Source: Lytechinus pictus (Eukaryota). From it: a DNA stretch of 64,000 nt. Shown one piece after another: positions 1 through 13,790 of this stretch. The notes below the pieces were generated by a model that was given only the letters and a program-made list of their open reading frames with translations, was not told where the DNA came from and did no database searches. The first letter of the stretch is position 1. Every line of letters starts with the position of its first letter. Where the stretch lies: contig NC_087252.1 of assembly GCF_037042905.1 (NCBI RefSeq), forward strand, positions 27,282,001 through 27,346,000, read 5' to 3'. The translations under genes were made by a program, and so were the position numbers.

Positions 1-2448
1 GAAGTTCGGCATTATGTTAGGGATAATAAAATCACAATTTTGCTTTGCGGTAAGCCCTGTGGTCGAAAGAAAGTCCAAATCGGCTTCAAGTAGCAGCCGA
101 CGATGACGTTATAGCGTCAACATGACCAAGATGTAAGATCATATATTTCAAGGGGTTGTGTGAATGGACCTGATATCTATGTTGCACATGGAAGTCGCCG
201 ATCGGAGGCTCTGCAACTATGCCTAATATCGTTTTTAAAATTGAGGTCTCTCATATTCCGGCATAGATAGAAAAGATTGAGGATCTTCCGCCTCCTCTCG
301 AACTCGCCGGTATCCACCAGATTCCGCCGGAATACAGTCGAATTTGCATACTATTCATAGCACGAAGAACGTCCATCATAATCATAATGAAAGCTGGACA
401 TGGGTCATACATTTCTCAAAATGTGACTGCCCCTTCCCGAGACGTGCAACTTTATCAGTCTGCAGGCACAGACCCTGATTGAAACTTTGATCAGCAAGTG
501 TGTCTCCACGCAAAGACTAGCACATACAAAACTTGCTGCCCTCAGTACACACGGAATGAGTAGGCTGCACATTCAGACCCTTAACTCGAGTGAAGGGTTT
601 GCACAGCAGACTTTAACTATAGCGTCGCCCTGAAAAGAAACCTGCAAAGCACATCATGATAACGATTTTTTTTTCACCTCGCATCCTTATGCGATCATGG
701 CAAGACGTTAAATCTGTCTGAAGATGCCTGGGTTATATTAGTGTGCCTTAGCAATATATTGATACCCAAAGTGCGTGAAGTGATCAACGCAGCTAAGCGT
801 CACGCGTCAATGATTGCATCATATTGGGGTCAATGGCATTGTAGAGGGGGTAACAGTAGATATGGAGTAATTACGTCTGGGTGATGATGACGGCCGAACG
901 GGGAATATACATGGTCGTCTTTCTCCATTAGTTCAAACTCGGCCCCCAATCCATGTCAATGACACGTTGACACTAACCAGTGATGACACTGACTGGACAA
1001 CGCCAGACTTCGCTTTTTGGTGGGAGAGGGCGTAGGGGGGGGGGGGGGGTGTGGCATTAAAAATATTTACAACGATATTGAAAACTATAAAACATGGGAA
1101 TACGATACATACATTCCAAGATTGTATGGAAAGTTTGTCTATCCGTCTGAAATGATAAGGCCAAATATTGCCATCTTAATACCAGTCCTGTATTCCAGTG
1201 CAGCACATTACTTGAACAGTTTCTGATGACGTTCCTTTTCTTGGTGCACGTTTTTAGTGTAGTATCCTAGCACAACATAATTATTAAACCGTTACTGAAA
1301 ACAACTTTTCGTACATTGTCAACTTGATAAACTTTCAAGTAAAAACTTCCTAATCATGGAGGTACACCCCCTTGATGGTTTCGCCTAGCTCCGGAAGTTT
1401 CCATCTTTTCTACAAAATTCGTTTATTATATAAAAAGGCATCACTCACAATTACTGTAACATTTTCAAGATAATGGATGGATCATTGACTACTGGCACAT
1501 TACACCAGGCTGTCTTGTGCGACAAATTATGTATCAAGGTTTGACAGAGTAAGGGCAAAAGATCGAATAAAAGGTATAAAAGGTGTAAAACTAATTGAAT
1601 ATAATCGTAAGAGGACAGGTTCGCGGTGCCTCCGTGACTCTGACAACATTTCTTTCTCGTTTCGACCTTATTTCATACTTCAAAAGGCACAAAGTTGCTC
1701 TAGTTTGGTCAACATTTAAACTATCAGACATGAGTCAATAGACAGATAAAGCACTAATGTGACCAGCCAACCCAAAACCAACAATGGGTTGCCAAAAATA
1801 AATTTTGAGATTTTAATCTAGTTTGAAAAAAGCACAGCCATAGCTTTAAAATGATATATAGTTTGTCTAACTTGATCAACAATAAACCCACTGAAATACT
1901 TGATTGAATGCAGAAGAAACAAAAGATGAGCTTCAGAAAATAAGGAGAAAACAACGTTTGAACATTGTGTTCACTCAAGCATGAGATGTGCACACTGAGC
2001 AATTTCAATTACACTTCCAAGCAGTCCACAAGAACATGTGTCAAACAAACTCTTGTATCTTGTCTTCTAATTGAGTTTACAATTTGAATTTTTTACAGCA
2101 TAAAGAAGAATAAATACTACTTCAGATAAGCTAATTTCTAAATTTTGGCTTTTTAAAAACCAATTTACTATTTTGACTATTACAGAGAACCTTCCATGGC
2201 GACTTATTGGTGGTTTTATGGTGGCTGGTCGCTAATAGTGATTAAAAAAGCTACCCAGATATACGATCGGTCAGGAGTGTACTCGTGTATCCTCACCCTC
2301 TCTTAACCTGTCACACCGTTTCATTTCCCAACTGAACTAAAAGGCACCAGTTCAAATTATCCTCCAGCATTAATCACTTGGCGATACCCTACACTCCGAT
2401 TCACACATCGCATACCCTAGTGAGGGATGAGAGAAAGCACTGTCAGCA

Positions 2449-5406
2449 ATGACCGACAAGGGTGACGTCGAAGGTAAGTATAATCTGACATCAATGACCA
2501 CGGAAGCGAGATAAAATCGAGCTTGACTGATTAAAGTTCAATTCGCGTTCTGGTCTCGACATCCAATTTCGAGAGGAAATGGTTGAAAGCTATCCAAAAG
2601 TGTTTATCGTACGATAGAATGCTCATTTAGAAGAACAAAGCTTATTGAAATAATACAGGTTTCCACGAAATTTATACCAAATGTTTTTCGTTTTGTAACA
2701 CAGAAAACAAGATGTAGAACCACACAATACAAGGATGAGCATTTTCAATAATTTTTCTAGTCTTCATTTGATCATTACTCAGTAATTATAAATTTTCCTG
2801 CTAAACACTCGTTTGGCAGTATGCTTTATTTATATATTTTTAAAATATAATTATGTGTTTTTTGTTTGTTCAAGTCTTTAAAGGTGGTGTATTTTTTGCG
2901 AGCGTGTTTTTTTTTACAAATTATTTGTTATCCCAATTTTCATCCAAGCTGTATCGCCCAGGAAGGGAGAGAGATTCGCCTTGATGGGACAGTCAACTTC
3001 ATTACGCAAACCATGGACCTACCTAAACCTTGATGGTTCATAAACTGCAAGTCCAAAGGCGAATCACATGTCCCTGGGAACGATTTATTTTTCCTGGGGG
3101 TGCTGAAGTAAATTTGACAAGCAAAAATAAAAATAAAGTTTTCACTACAAAATGAAGATCGTTTTAGTCCCAAGAAATTTGACAAGCAAAAAAAGGGGGG
3201 TTCAACACAAAATGGTGATAATTTTCAATATATTTCTCAAATTTGACACACCTACCAGAGTTCCAGGAGAGTGCTGCCTATGGAAAATAATACACGCCGC
3301 ACCCCCTAGGAAAAGCTTCTGCACCCCTGCTTCCCCGGGCCATGGCAAATCATGATTACGTGAATTCTCACCTCAGCCGATATCTAGGTTTGTAATTTCA
3401 TACAAATGAGTATCAATATCAACAATAATAATCAGTCGTTATCAGGCAAACGATTGCAGCCAATCACTATATGGCCCTGGGAAGCGGGGATGCTGGTAAT
3501 TAGATTGGGATGCTACAATGTAAAAAATATGATGCAAATAAACTTCATTGAAAGTGCCCCCCCCCCCCTTTTTTTTTTGGTTGTCACTTTTTCTTTGCAA
3601 AAATCGCCTTCATTTCGGAGTGAAACTATTCTCTATATTTTGTGCTTTTCAATAATTGTTAGGACAACTAGCACCCCCTCTTTATCCCCCCCCCCCCACG
3701 CTCCTATGTATCATGACTGCGAAACGACACCCAACGTTTACATCACAAAATCACATTATTTTTCAACCGGATGAATAGGTTTACATTAACCTATATTGGT
3801 GTTGTTCACTTATACACAAGTCAGGAGAGTGTCACATCGCTGGGTAAACTCACTCTAGTATCGTATTTGGTATAATATAAATGTATATTAAAACGCACAC
3901 TGGTTTTAGAGTACTCCATTATAATTATTAATATTATCATTATTATTGTTAGTATTATTATTATCATTATTATCATTATCATTATCAGTATTATTATTAT
4001 TATTAATATTACTATTATCACTATTATTACGGACAGAAAGAGAGAAAAGAGAGCTTGGGCATGTCAAGAGTAATAATAAAAAAAATGATTTTTTTTTTGT
4101 GATTAATATTCCTGGCATATTACGCCCTATCAGCTTATATGCCTAATCTAAATCATTAGTGATAACAGCAAACGATTTTTTTAGAATAGAGTATGGCTGG
4201 ATGAAAGTCAAAATCAATCTCTGGAAGGTTTCAGTCCAATTAATCAGTGAACGAGGTTAGGCCTTTAGTTTTTTTTTAATTCATTCTGTCTTTATTCATT
4301 CAACGTCATGATGGTCATTCAAGTCACGCTACATACACACCAAACGACACCGACTCAAGACCGATCAAAAATATTACGTTACATTGAACATTTTTTCTTT
4401 AAACAAGTGCACAACTAGTTACCAATAATGCATAAAGCACAGGGGCGGAACCAGGATTTTTCGAACGGGGGATGGGGGTGGCACATTTTCCCGAGAAAAA
4501 ATTTGACAGGCAAAAAAAAAAATATATACAAACACTTTTGTTTTAACGGCATTTTTACATTACATATTTTATTTGTGCCTCTCAAAAGGGTATGGGCCGG
4601 CTGGATCCGCCATTGATATAGCATTTCCATTTATTTGAAAACAGGATAAAATAGCATTGTTGATTAAATTCCTTTGCTTACGGGCATATTGGTGACGCAG
4701 CCTGGGATCGAGCCCCGGACTTTCCATGTATAGCCAGGCGCCTTAGACCACTTGGCCACGGCGCACAGTGGGTCAGGAGAGAGCAAAAGTGCGCCAAAAC
4801 TGGTTTTTGGTCATGAAACAAATTTTGTTTTTTTCATGTTCTAAGCAAAGATAAGAACCTGTAGAATGCCTCCGTACAATATTTCTCCATTAAATTGAAT
4901 ATTAGTTGCCCATTTTTATTCAATGTTACCGGAAAATGACTCTTTACGGCTACCGAATGTGTAAATGACACGTTTTAGATATTTCACTGTTTTAACAAAA
5001 CGGATTGCTTAATTTATTTCTAATTCACTGTGCTTTTTGATGAATAATTGTTTGAAGTGATCAAAGATTTTCAAGATAAAATGAAAATCCCTTCAGAGGC
5101 AATTTTGGACGAAACCGTTTGACAATGGGGGTGTTTTAGCATTTTTTTTTTCATGAGCATTTCTTTTACAAATTGCTGCCGATTGCTGCGCTGTAAATAC
5201 CATTGCGGTCTTTGGTATAGTTCATGCTTTACACTGATACCAAATTTAGCTGCATATACGTGCATTTTCTGGAGATATAACCAATTTTCCAACTACATGT
5301 TCGCCGTATTTATCACAAAAATCGGTCCAAGTTACTGTCCCTTTATGCGCGTGCATGCCGAACGTTGCGGGTGACATTAAACATCAAACTCCCCGTCGCG
5401 TTCTGG

Positions 5407-5441
<35 letters not shown>

Positions 5442-6764
5442 TGGCTCAAGTGTGTGGCTCTTATGACTGGTGTCTGCCTTTAAAGGGGAATCCAACCTTT
5501 GCCATAAAATATTGTGTTGGGAAGGAGAAAAATAAATTAAACAGGATGGTGAAAGTTTGAAAGAAATCGGACAAGCAATAAGAAAGTTATAGCTGCTTTA
5601 AAATTGAGATCACTAATAGTATGTAGATTTCAAATTGGCAACAGGGTAAGTAAATTATGACAAGGGGCAAGGACAACTTTTCCATAGGCCATGTACTTTA
5701 TTATCAGGGATTTGTGGTTTTCTCCTAAGTACCCATTCCCTTGGGGCAGTAATCTAAATATAACCCAGGTAGTATTTTGTTTAATGTCCTCATGAAAGAA
5801 AAATATAATTTGAAATAAAACTTTTGGGAAAAATGACATTTTAGCCATAATATGTATTGGAGCACATGGAAGAGTAGTCCTTGCCTTACATCACTATGAC
5901 ATCCCATATGCGGCCAATTTGAAGTCGCCATGAGAATAGTGATTACCAATATCTACAACTTTTAAAAATTCATAACTTTCTTGTTGTTTGTCCAATACCG
6001 TTCAAACTTTCACCTATCAACTTGTCTGATTTTTCCTTTTCTCATAAAAACAAGTTTTTATTTGGGTTGGTTTCCCTTTAAAATATTTTCGTTAAACATA
6101 CGTAAAGGCAAGCTTTCATTTATAATTCCACTAACTATATAATAATACATGTAACGCAACTTCATTTTGATGCCAAACTGTTCCATCCCGTGTTCCATAT
6201 CTGATATGCTGTCATACTGAGAAGATTAATTCTTAAGGTAAGATTCCCGGGTAAGATTATATATTTGGTTTGTTGTTCATAAACCAAGTAGAGGCTACTG
6301 TATATCGCTATAACACACATGACTAGGGATGTGATAGGTCTCTCGCAGTTTTCTGACAAAATATGAAAATGTGTATAGGACAGAGATGGGATATACGTGG
6401 GCTCTATTACATGTATAAATTGCATTATCATTATTAGTATTTATCCCCCAAAAGGGTTTGTAACTTCACATACACGTATGAATTGGTTTATCTCTTGGCT
6501 CATTCTAAATTTGCTATAATTGTTGGTATCGATCAAGAAGGAAGTGTATATTATCATTTCAATGATTGTTTAGTTTATGATTCTCATTGACTTTATATGT
6601 ATTCCACAGAAATGGTAACAGGTGACATTGTGATTAGTAGCAAGTTTTTAAGAGTACAACAATCACAGCCTCTTCCCCCTGATGTTCAAAGTATGCTAAA
6701 AGATCCTCTCACCAAAGACATAATAGTTGTTGAGATAGTAGAGAGAGACTCTGATTCGGAATAA
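2449..6764 (+). CDS. Possible spliced micro-ORF join(2449..2473,6610..6764), 59 aa, function unknown
   Basis: ATG 2449; donor AAG|gtaagt at 2474; acceptor attccacag|AA at 6610, phase-compatible; open to TAA 6762; AATAAA at ~6931; no recognisable homology. Confidence 0.35.
5480..6081. mobile_element. TTAA-flanked palindromic MITE
   Basis: ttaaaggggaatccaacc ... ggttggtttccctttaa termini with extended internal inverted homology. Confidence 0.8.
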
Positions 6765-7844
6765 CTTTGTATACGCCGTTCTTGGTAGGCCTTGTAGGGC
6801 CTTGTACTGGTTAACCTGCAGAGGACCCGGCCTCTAATCACTGGAATCATTATTTTAAAGATTTCACTGTCCACTTCTGGTATCAATCCATTTTAATTCA
6901 TGTAGGTGTGGTTAATCATTGTACACAGGGAATAAAAATACTCCTTTTCATTTTTTTTTACAATTTCACTTTGAATTTTACAATTCCGGATTCATGGTAG
7001 TACGCCCTCTTTAAGCGATACTCAAGTCACCAAATGAATTATTTGTACCCCGAGCACAGACTTTTCTGGTTTGGTTGCCTGTTTGTGTGTTTGCTGTTTG
7101 CTAATATGCTTAATTATTGCTGAAATTTATCTAAAACTAGTTTCTGAAAATTTGAAACATATTGTAGAATTAGAAACATGTAATTTCTGCTCAAATGTTA
7201 ACAGCCAATCAGAAAACAGTATTTTAACGACGTCATCAATATTTGAAAATACTTTTATTGAATTCTACGGGTGAAATTACCCCTGAAAGCTGAATGACAC
7301 GTTGAATGGCATACATTATCGGTCCGTTCGTGATCGGTTTTATCAGTGTGGCTGTACCTTCAGAAGTAGCTCCTAATGAAACCAATCACATTCTTAATTC
7401 GTCAATCCTGGGACCGTGACACAAAGGTTAGCGATTGATCGTATGCTTGATTTTACGATTGATTGTACAGTGTAGCCAATGCAATCGATCGTGGAAACAT
7501 TTCCTGCGATGATTGTTAAGCTCTGTGTTACCAGCCCCTGGAGTAATATCCTCGTCAGGAAACACCCGTGTTCAATATTCACTCCACGTGCTAGCCCTCG
7601 ATCTCGTTTATTACCAATGAGCCATAATATCAGTCATTGTCCGTAAGATAACTCATTCATCAAAAGTCATTAATTTTACCCTATTTTCAACCACAATCAC
7701 GTCCCGCAAATTCTCTGTGACTTAGGGCCTTTTCACACGTGAATCTTGAATCCTCATTGTAATGGTGATTGCTATTGTTATCGTGACTGTGATTAGCGTT
7801 CGTGATTCTAATCATGTTCTAGTTTGGTTTCACACGTGCTAATT

Positions 7845-8124
7845 ATAATAATAGTCAGTTCTTGTATAGCGCATAACACATTATGAATAACGTCTCTATG
7901 CGCTTCCAAAGGACTTGGATATTATTACCCTGGCTGTAGCTCAAGCAACTTTTACGCGCTCGGAATTTCAAGGAATAAATTCCTACCCAATCACCTCACC
8001 TGGGTTGAGTGCAGCACAATGTGGATTATTTTCTTGCTGAAGGAAACTACGTCATGGCTGGGATTTGAACCCACTACCCTCTGTTTCAAAGTCCGGAGAC
8101 TAATCAACTGGGCCACAACGCACC
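7845..8124 (-). mobile_element. tRNA-derived SINE
   Basis: Minus-strand head with A box (tggcccagttgg-like) and B box (ggttcaaatccc); (ATT)n-like tail; closely similar copy at 34620-34919. Confidence 0.85.
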
Positions 8125-8434
8125 ACAAATATTCGCCATTAGCCTTATTTTTCACAGGAATCATCATCATTCAAATCACGATTTTTTTTTACCGTGTGAA
8201 AGGGCGGTTACCCATTCGCATCCAAATCATATGGCCTTTATGCCACAGACAAACTAACGAAACCAACAAAAAAAAGGACCAATTGTATGGAATTATAATC
8301 GTATGAAATGACAAACTCCTCAGGAGGAGTATTTTATTTTAATGATTATATATTCACGAAATCTTTCGAAACGGTTAAAGTTGTCCAAATCAGGGAAAAA
8401 GATAAAGATAAAAAATAAACGAATTACCCCCTCT

Positions 8435-8605
8435 TGGTTACGACTCTCGTCTTTCAATGAGAGGGACGTGGGTACGAATCCCAGCCACGGCGTGCTTTCC
8501 TTCAGTAAGAAATTTACCCACATTGTGCTGCACTCGACCCAGGTGAGGTGAATGGGTACCCGGTAGGATTTATTCCTTGAATGCTTTACCGCCTCTATGG
8601 CGGCT
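8435..8605 (+). mobile_element. Partial tRNA-derived SINE (related copy at 45597-45730, in intron 1 of gene B)
   Basis: ggtacgaatcccagccacggcgtgctttccttcagtaagaaattt...cactcgacccaggtgagg core shared with the other SINE copies. Confidence 0.75.
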
Positions 8606-10339
8606 GATTATTTTGCTTATTTCTCAGCAATTACGCATTTTCTTTCAGAGCTATTCTTCACACATTTTTCATTTATACATACAAACACTTTGATAGTAAT
8701 TTTATTGAATTCTGTTCGAACTCATTTTGAGATCGTTACCACAACTGGTATTTATCTTTAACAAAAGATTCGTGTTCACAACGGAATTACTAATTAGGAC
8801 ATCAAGATAACTTGTCCATAGGGCCTTGTAATAAATGAACCAATGGGGAACAATTATCTCAAAATAATGAGGAGGGTTTTTACCCATTACAACTGTAGAA
8901 ACAATACGGGAAAGATTATATCTATAAATCATGTCTCATCTGCTTTTAATTTTATCATATACAATATATTTCATGCATTTTTTTATCATTTGTTTTTCTC
9001 CATCTTGTTCCTCGTGTTCCACTTGTTAATCTGATTGTACTGCAACTATATGTTTTTATTCTGTGCTATTTATTCATCATCTTTATTACTTAATGGTTAT
9101 CGTACATATATATTTATATATATTTTTTACATATACTTCAATATTATGGAGAGAGATAATCAGAATGAAAATGACAAAAACAGACAAGAATACTAACTTT
9201 TGAAAAAGTAAAATTGGATTACAACCCTTCAGTTAAGAATACTGTCCATGATTGTAATTGAACAAAATGCAAATTGTTTACTTCAATTTATCTCTTCCAA
9301 TTACTTGTCCCCAATTCCTCTATGTATATATTTACATAATGCAAGCTTGGGCAAATAATACGACTTGAGAAAGATACGGATGTTGCCCCAACCCCTACCT
9401 TTCCCTCCCATAAAAAAGAGAGAAAAAAAAAAAATAATCTCAGAATAAATTCTGATCCTGAACAAAATGAATCATTCCAGGGTTCTCAATTTATTCCTTC
9501 TGTGATTGCTTTTAATCAGGATCAGAATTTATTCTGAGATTATTTATGTATTTTTTGTCTTTTTTTTGCTTGTCAAATTTACTGAAAAATCGTTCCCAGG
9601 GCCCTATAAAAGGGACTACATAGAAAAAAGCTTTCCATATTTGTCGTTTTGCTTGAATATGCATATTGATTTTTATAGCAATGTTAGCAATCGTGCTATA
9701 GAATAGATTTGTTTGCTGGAGGGATTTTTACAACCAAAGTCGCACCTTTCATTTACGTCTTATTATATCATTATTACGAAGTAATAGGAGGAGTAATGAT
9801 GGACAACTTACTTAGTGGGCAATACCTTGTCTGAGGTGCACAATTAAAACAAGTCTATGTTATGTAAACAATATTGCTCTTTCTTCATGTTCTTAGAACA
9901 AAATATGTCGAAAAACTGTGTTTTACATGCAGAACTGAATTCATGTGAACTTCGTAAATGTTTTATCTAAATTGGAGAATGAATAAGACTGCGTACGTGA
10001 TGGGAAAATTTCCTGTGTAAAAGTCCAGTCGTATCTTAGCGTATGGGCAAATAGTCGACTATATTCGCAAATAGTCAAGTTTGATATGTTCTCAATAGTA
10101 AATGAAATCGGCAAAATATTCAAGGCAAGGAAAGTGGAAAACATTGTTTCTGGAGAATGCCTTAATTCTAATGTGTTTTCCAGAATGGTAAATAAAAATA
10201 TTGAAAATAATCATGAAAATGATAATACATAATATTTGTCGTAGTAATATTTTAATTAAGAAAATGCTTATCTTATTTTGATCATGCTGCTGACCAATAC
10301 GAGTGTACTTGTTTTTGTTTTATTGTTATCATAATAGTG

Positions 10340-10572
10340 GCAGTACTAGGAGTAGTTGTATAGGAGAAGAAGGATTTGTAGTAGCAGTAGTAGTAGTAAA
10401 AGTAGTAGTAATAGTACTATTAGGAGTGGTGGTGGTAGTAGTAGTAGCGGTAGTAGTAGTAGTAGTAGTAGTAGTACATGTATTAGTAGTAGTATTTGTT
10501 GTTCTTTTTGCTGTTGTTGTACAGTAGTAGTACTATTAGTAGAAGGAGTAACAGTAGTAGTAGTAGCAGCAT

Positions 10573-10606
<34 letters not shown>

Positions 10607-10724
10607 TAGTAGTAGAAGTAGTAGTAGTAGTAGTAGTAGTATAATTAGTAATAGTAGTAGTAGTAGTAGAAGTAGAATAAGTAGAAGTAGTAGCAGTAGT
10701 AGCAGTAGTAGCATTAGCAGTAGC

Positions 10725-10762
<38 letters not shown>

Positions 10763-10796
10763 CAGTAGTAGCAGTAGTAGCAGTAGTAGTAGTAGC

Positions 10797-10840
<44 letters not shown>

Positions 10841-10854
10841 AAGTAGAAGAAGAA

Positions 10855-10900
<46 letters not shown>

Positions 10901-10992
10901 CAGTAGTAGTAGTATTTGTTGTTCTTTTTGCTGTTGTTGTACAGTAGTAGTACTATTAGTAGAAGGAGTAGCAGTAGTAGTAGTAGCAGCAT

Positions 10993-11023
<31 letters not shown>

Positions 11024-11141
11024 TAGTAGAAGTAGTAGTAGTAGTAGTAGTAGTATAATTAGTAATAGTAGTAGTAGTAGTAGAAGTAGAATAAGTAAAA
11101 GTAGTAGCAGTAGTAGCAGTAGTAGCAGTAGTAGTAGTAGC

Positions 11142-11182
<41 letters not shown>

Positions 11183-11196
11183 AAGTAGAAGAAGAA

Positions 11197-11250
<54 letters not shown>

Positions 11251-11274
11251 ATAGTAGTAGAAGTAGAAGAAGAA

Positions 11275-11326
<52 letters not shown>

Positions 11327-11345
11327 CAGTAGTAGTAGTAGTTGT
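10340..11345. repeat. Compound (TAG/CAG/AAG)n microsatellite with a higher-order ~420-bp duplication
   Basis: Unique spacer atttgttgttctttttgctgttgttgtacag occurs at ~10494 and ~10914. Confidence 0.95.
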
Positions 11346-11759
11346 TGTTGTTTTTTTTTTCCTGGTAAAACAGAGATTGGCAAGCTTCAGAAGAATATGT
11401 ACTTTTTGCAGGAGTTAAGTCAAAATAAATGTACAATACATAAACATAATTGTAGTATGACATGAAAGTACATTGTAATGTGACAAATTTATAGCAGTGT
11501 CATAACAAAATTTAGACATGAATACAATTTAAGGATAAGACAAAGTATTGAAAAACAAATGCAGTGGCAAACTATATAAGCAAAACAAATACTTGAGTAA
11601 TAGCAGCCAAAGGGGGAAAGGGGGAAAGGGGTTACATGGAAACCAATTATTCTATAGGTCTAGGTCTGGAAGAAAATTTTACGTCACAAATCATCAGAAA
11701 AGGAGAATGAAGAAAAATGAAGAAATGAAGTGTGCGTGTGTGTGCAAGTGGGTGAACGT

Positions 11760-12135
11760 ACAGGTGTGATATTTAAGAATACTTCGATAAAAGATATTTT
11801 TTAATGAAGCTTTAAAAGAAAAGATAGATGCAGTGAGTTTAATAATTGAGTCTATTTTCGTTTTGTTGCAATTACCCCACAATATGTTGCAATATGATAT
11901 ATGTGACAAATAAAAGAATTGTGCAGCATAAATAGTGATCTTTGGGAAAGACAATATTTCAGTTTGAATAGTATGCCAATACCTCTGGCAACAAGTGTGC
12001 TAATGTAACGAATGTGGCTATTCCAAGTTAAATTAGAGTCAATTAATACACCTAAGAATTTCGTTTCTTGTTTTTCAGCAAGATGGTTGTTATCAATGTT
12101 AATGGAGCCAATGGACTACTTTAACAGAAGTCACC
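11760..12135 (-). mobile_element. Degraded fragment of a CR1/L2-like LINE RT C-terminal region
   Basis: Minus strand reads KFLGVLIDSNLTWNSHI...GIGILFKLK and, in another frame, HISYCNILWGN; homologous to 21536-21850. Confidence 0.8.
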
Positions 12136-13029
12136 TTCGTGCAAAAATAGAAAACAGTTTCGCATCGTAACTATGATCAGATAAAATCCCTACTATCATT
12201 GTTGTATGCAACGTAAATAAAGCCCCGAGACTACTACATTTGAAATGAAAGCAAATTTTTAACAAATTTAAGAAGAGCTGCAGTTTGTAATTTAAGAGAA
12301 GCCTAAATTGATTCAGTCACACTGCCGAAACGGACGCCTGATCGACCGAAGCCTTTTACGTTGTTTCCAACGACACATCTTCTGTTGGTCTGGAGTGGTT
12401 TCTATTGGTGTAACCGGACCATTAAATGCCTCCCACTGGCACTCGACCACGAATCAATCTAAAATCCTTTCCGTATTTTTATGCAACGGGATTTAATCTA
12501 ATGAGGGTAATACATGAGAGAGGGTTCTTGGATGCACAGGGATTTAATCAGGACAAACCCCAAAAACAAGAAAAAATAATTTTGTCTGAATAATTTGGAC
12601 AATTACCAGAGTCCCGTGTCCCGGGGCCAGGTTTGACCGGGATAAGATGTGTTTCTTGGGAGAATACCTTAAGCTTGGGGAGTAATGATGATTCGTGTAT
12701 TTGACACTTCAAAATGAGTATGGATTATTTTTTTTAAAGAAGAATAGGAAATGAATTATCGGCGGAGGGAAGAGTAAAGTAAGTAATAGACACAAAGTAT
12801 CTATCATTTTTTTTTAGTTATCCGGGTTATGGAACCAGATAGAGCATACATGTAGGTCAAAGGATGTCCCATTTAAAAAAAAGTCCCACATGAATCAAAG
12901 ATAGAAATAAGATGGAACAGGTAGAGAGTAAGCCAAAGATACATACATATGAATAGATAGATGAATACAAAAAGATAACTGAGAGAGAGAGAGAGAGGGG
13001 GGGGGGGGCAGACAGAGCGAGGCATGAAC

Positions 13030-13790
13030 AATTGGATCAATATTTGAAGAGCTCACTTACAAAATGTATTTAGTAGCTTTATAAGATGATACCAAAGAAA
13101 AGTTGAAATTCCTATTAATTTCTTTTTTTTTTAAGGGGTTAGGTCCATTTCAGTTCAGTTGCAAAAGGGGTTAGGTCCACACGGAATTTTTTTTGGAAAA
13201 GAATATCTTTAAAAATTAGAAGACAGGTAGATTTCTCTTATACCCAATTTTATGTTCTCATGGTAGGGTATCATGAAAATAAAGTTTCGCATGAGAATAT
13301 TGCAATATGGGAGAATTTAAAAAATGATTTTCTTGGTGTGGACCTAACCCCTTTTGCAACTAAACTCTTCTGAAGAACTCATTTGTCAAAAGGGGTTAGG
13401 TCCATTTTTCATTAAATTTTATTGTTTTCTGTTGCTAAACCTCTAAGTTTTTAGTCACTCTGATGATACCAAAGATAATTTGAAATTCAAGTGAAAACGT
13501 GAATGAAAGTGGCAAAGAAAAATCACTTTTTTTATCAAAAGAGATTGTATTCATTTCAGTTTACTTGCCAAAGGGGTATGTTCCACAATTATATTTTTTT
13601 TAAATATATAGAAAAATTTAAGATAGGTAGATTTGTTTTATACCCAATTTTATGTTCACATGATCGGGTAGTACAACATGACAATGGAGTTTCTCATGAG
13701 AATATTGCAATAAGTGAGAATAAAAAACATGTTTTTTCTCGAAATGGTCCAAAGTGGACCTAACCCCTTTTGCAACTAAACTCTTCATTT
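13030..13790. repeat. Two adjacent copies of an inverted-repeat element (aaaggggttaggtcca / tggacctaaccccttttgcaactaaactcttc)
   Basis: Motifs recur in both orientations; internal ggtagattt...tatacccaattttatgttc shared by both copies. Confidence 0.75.

Noticed and set aside
1..125. Similarity between the window start and 63800-63920 (also ~457-610 vs ~62634-62894)
   Set aside because: Diverged copies in non-collinear order; dispersed repeats rather than a segmental duplication boundary
10303..11465. Long poly-Leu/Ser/Tyr/Val ORFs
   Set aside because: Translations of a (TAG)n microsatellite; no splice or domain evidence
12315..12455. Minus-strand frame FVVECQWEAF...KMCRWKQRKRLRSIRRPFRQCD resembling a cationic peptide exon
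   Set aside because: In-frame TGA between the nearest acceptor and the frame; Cys spacing does not match the family
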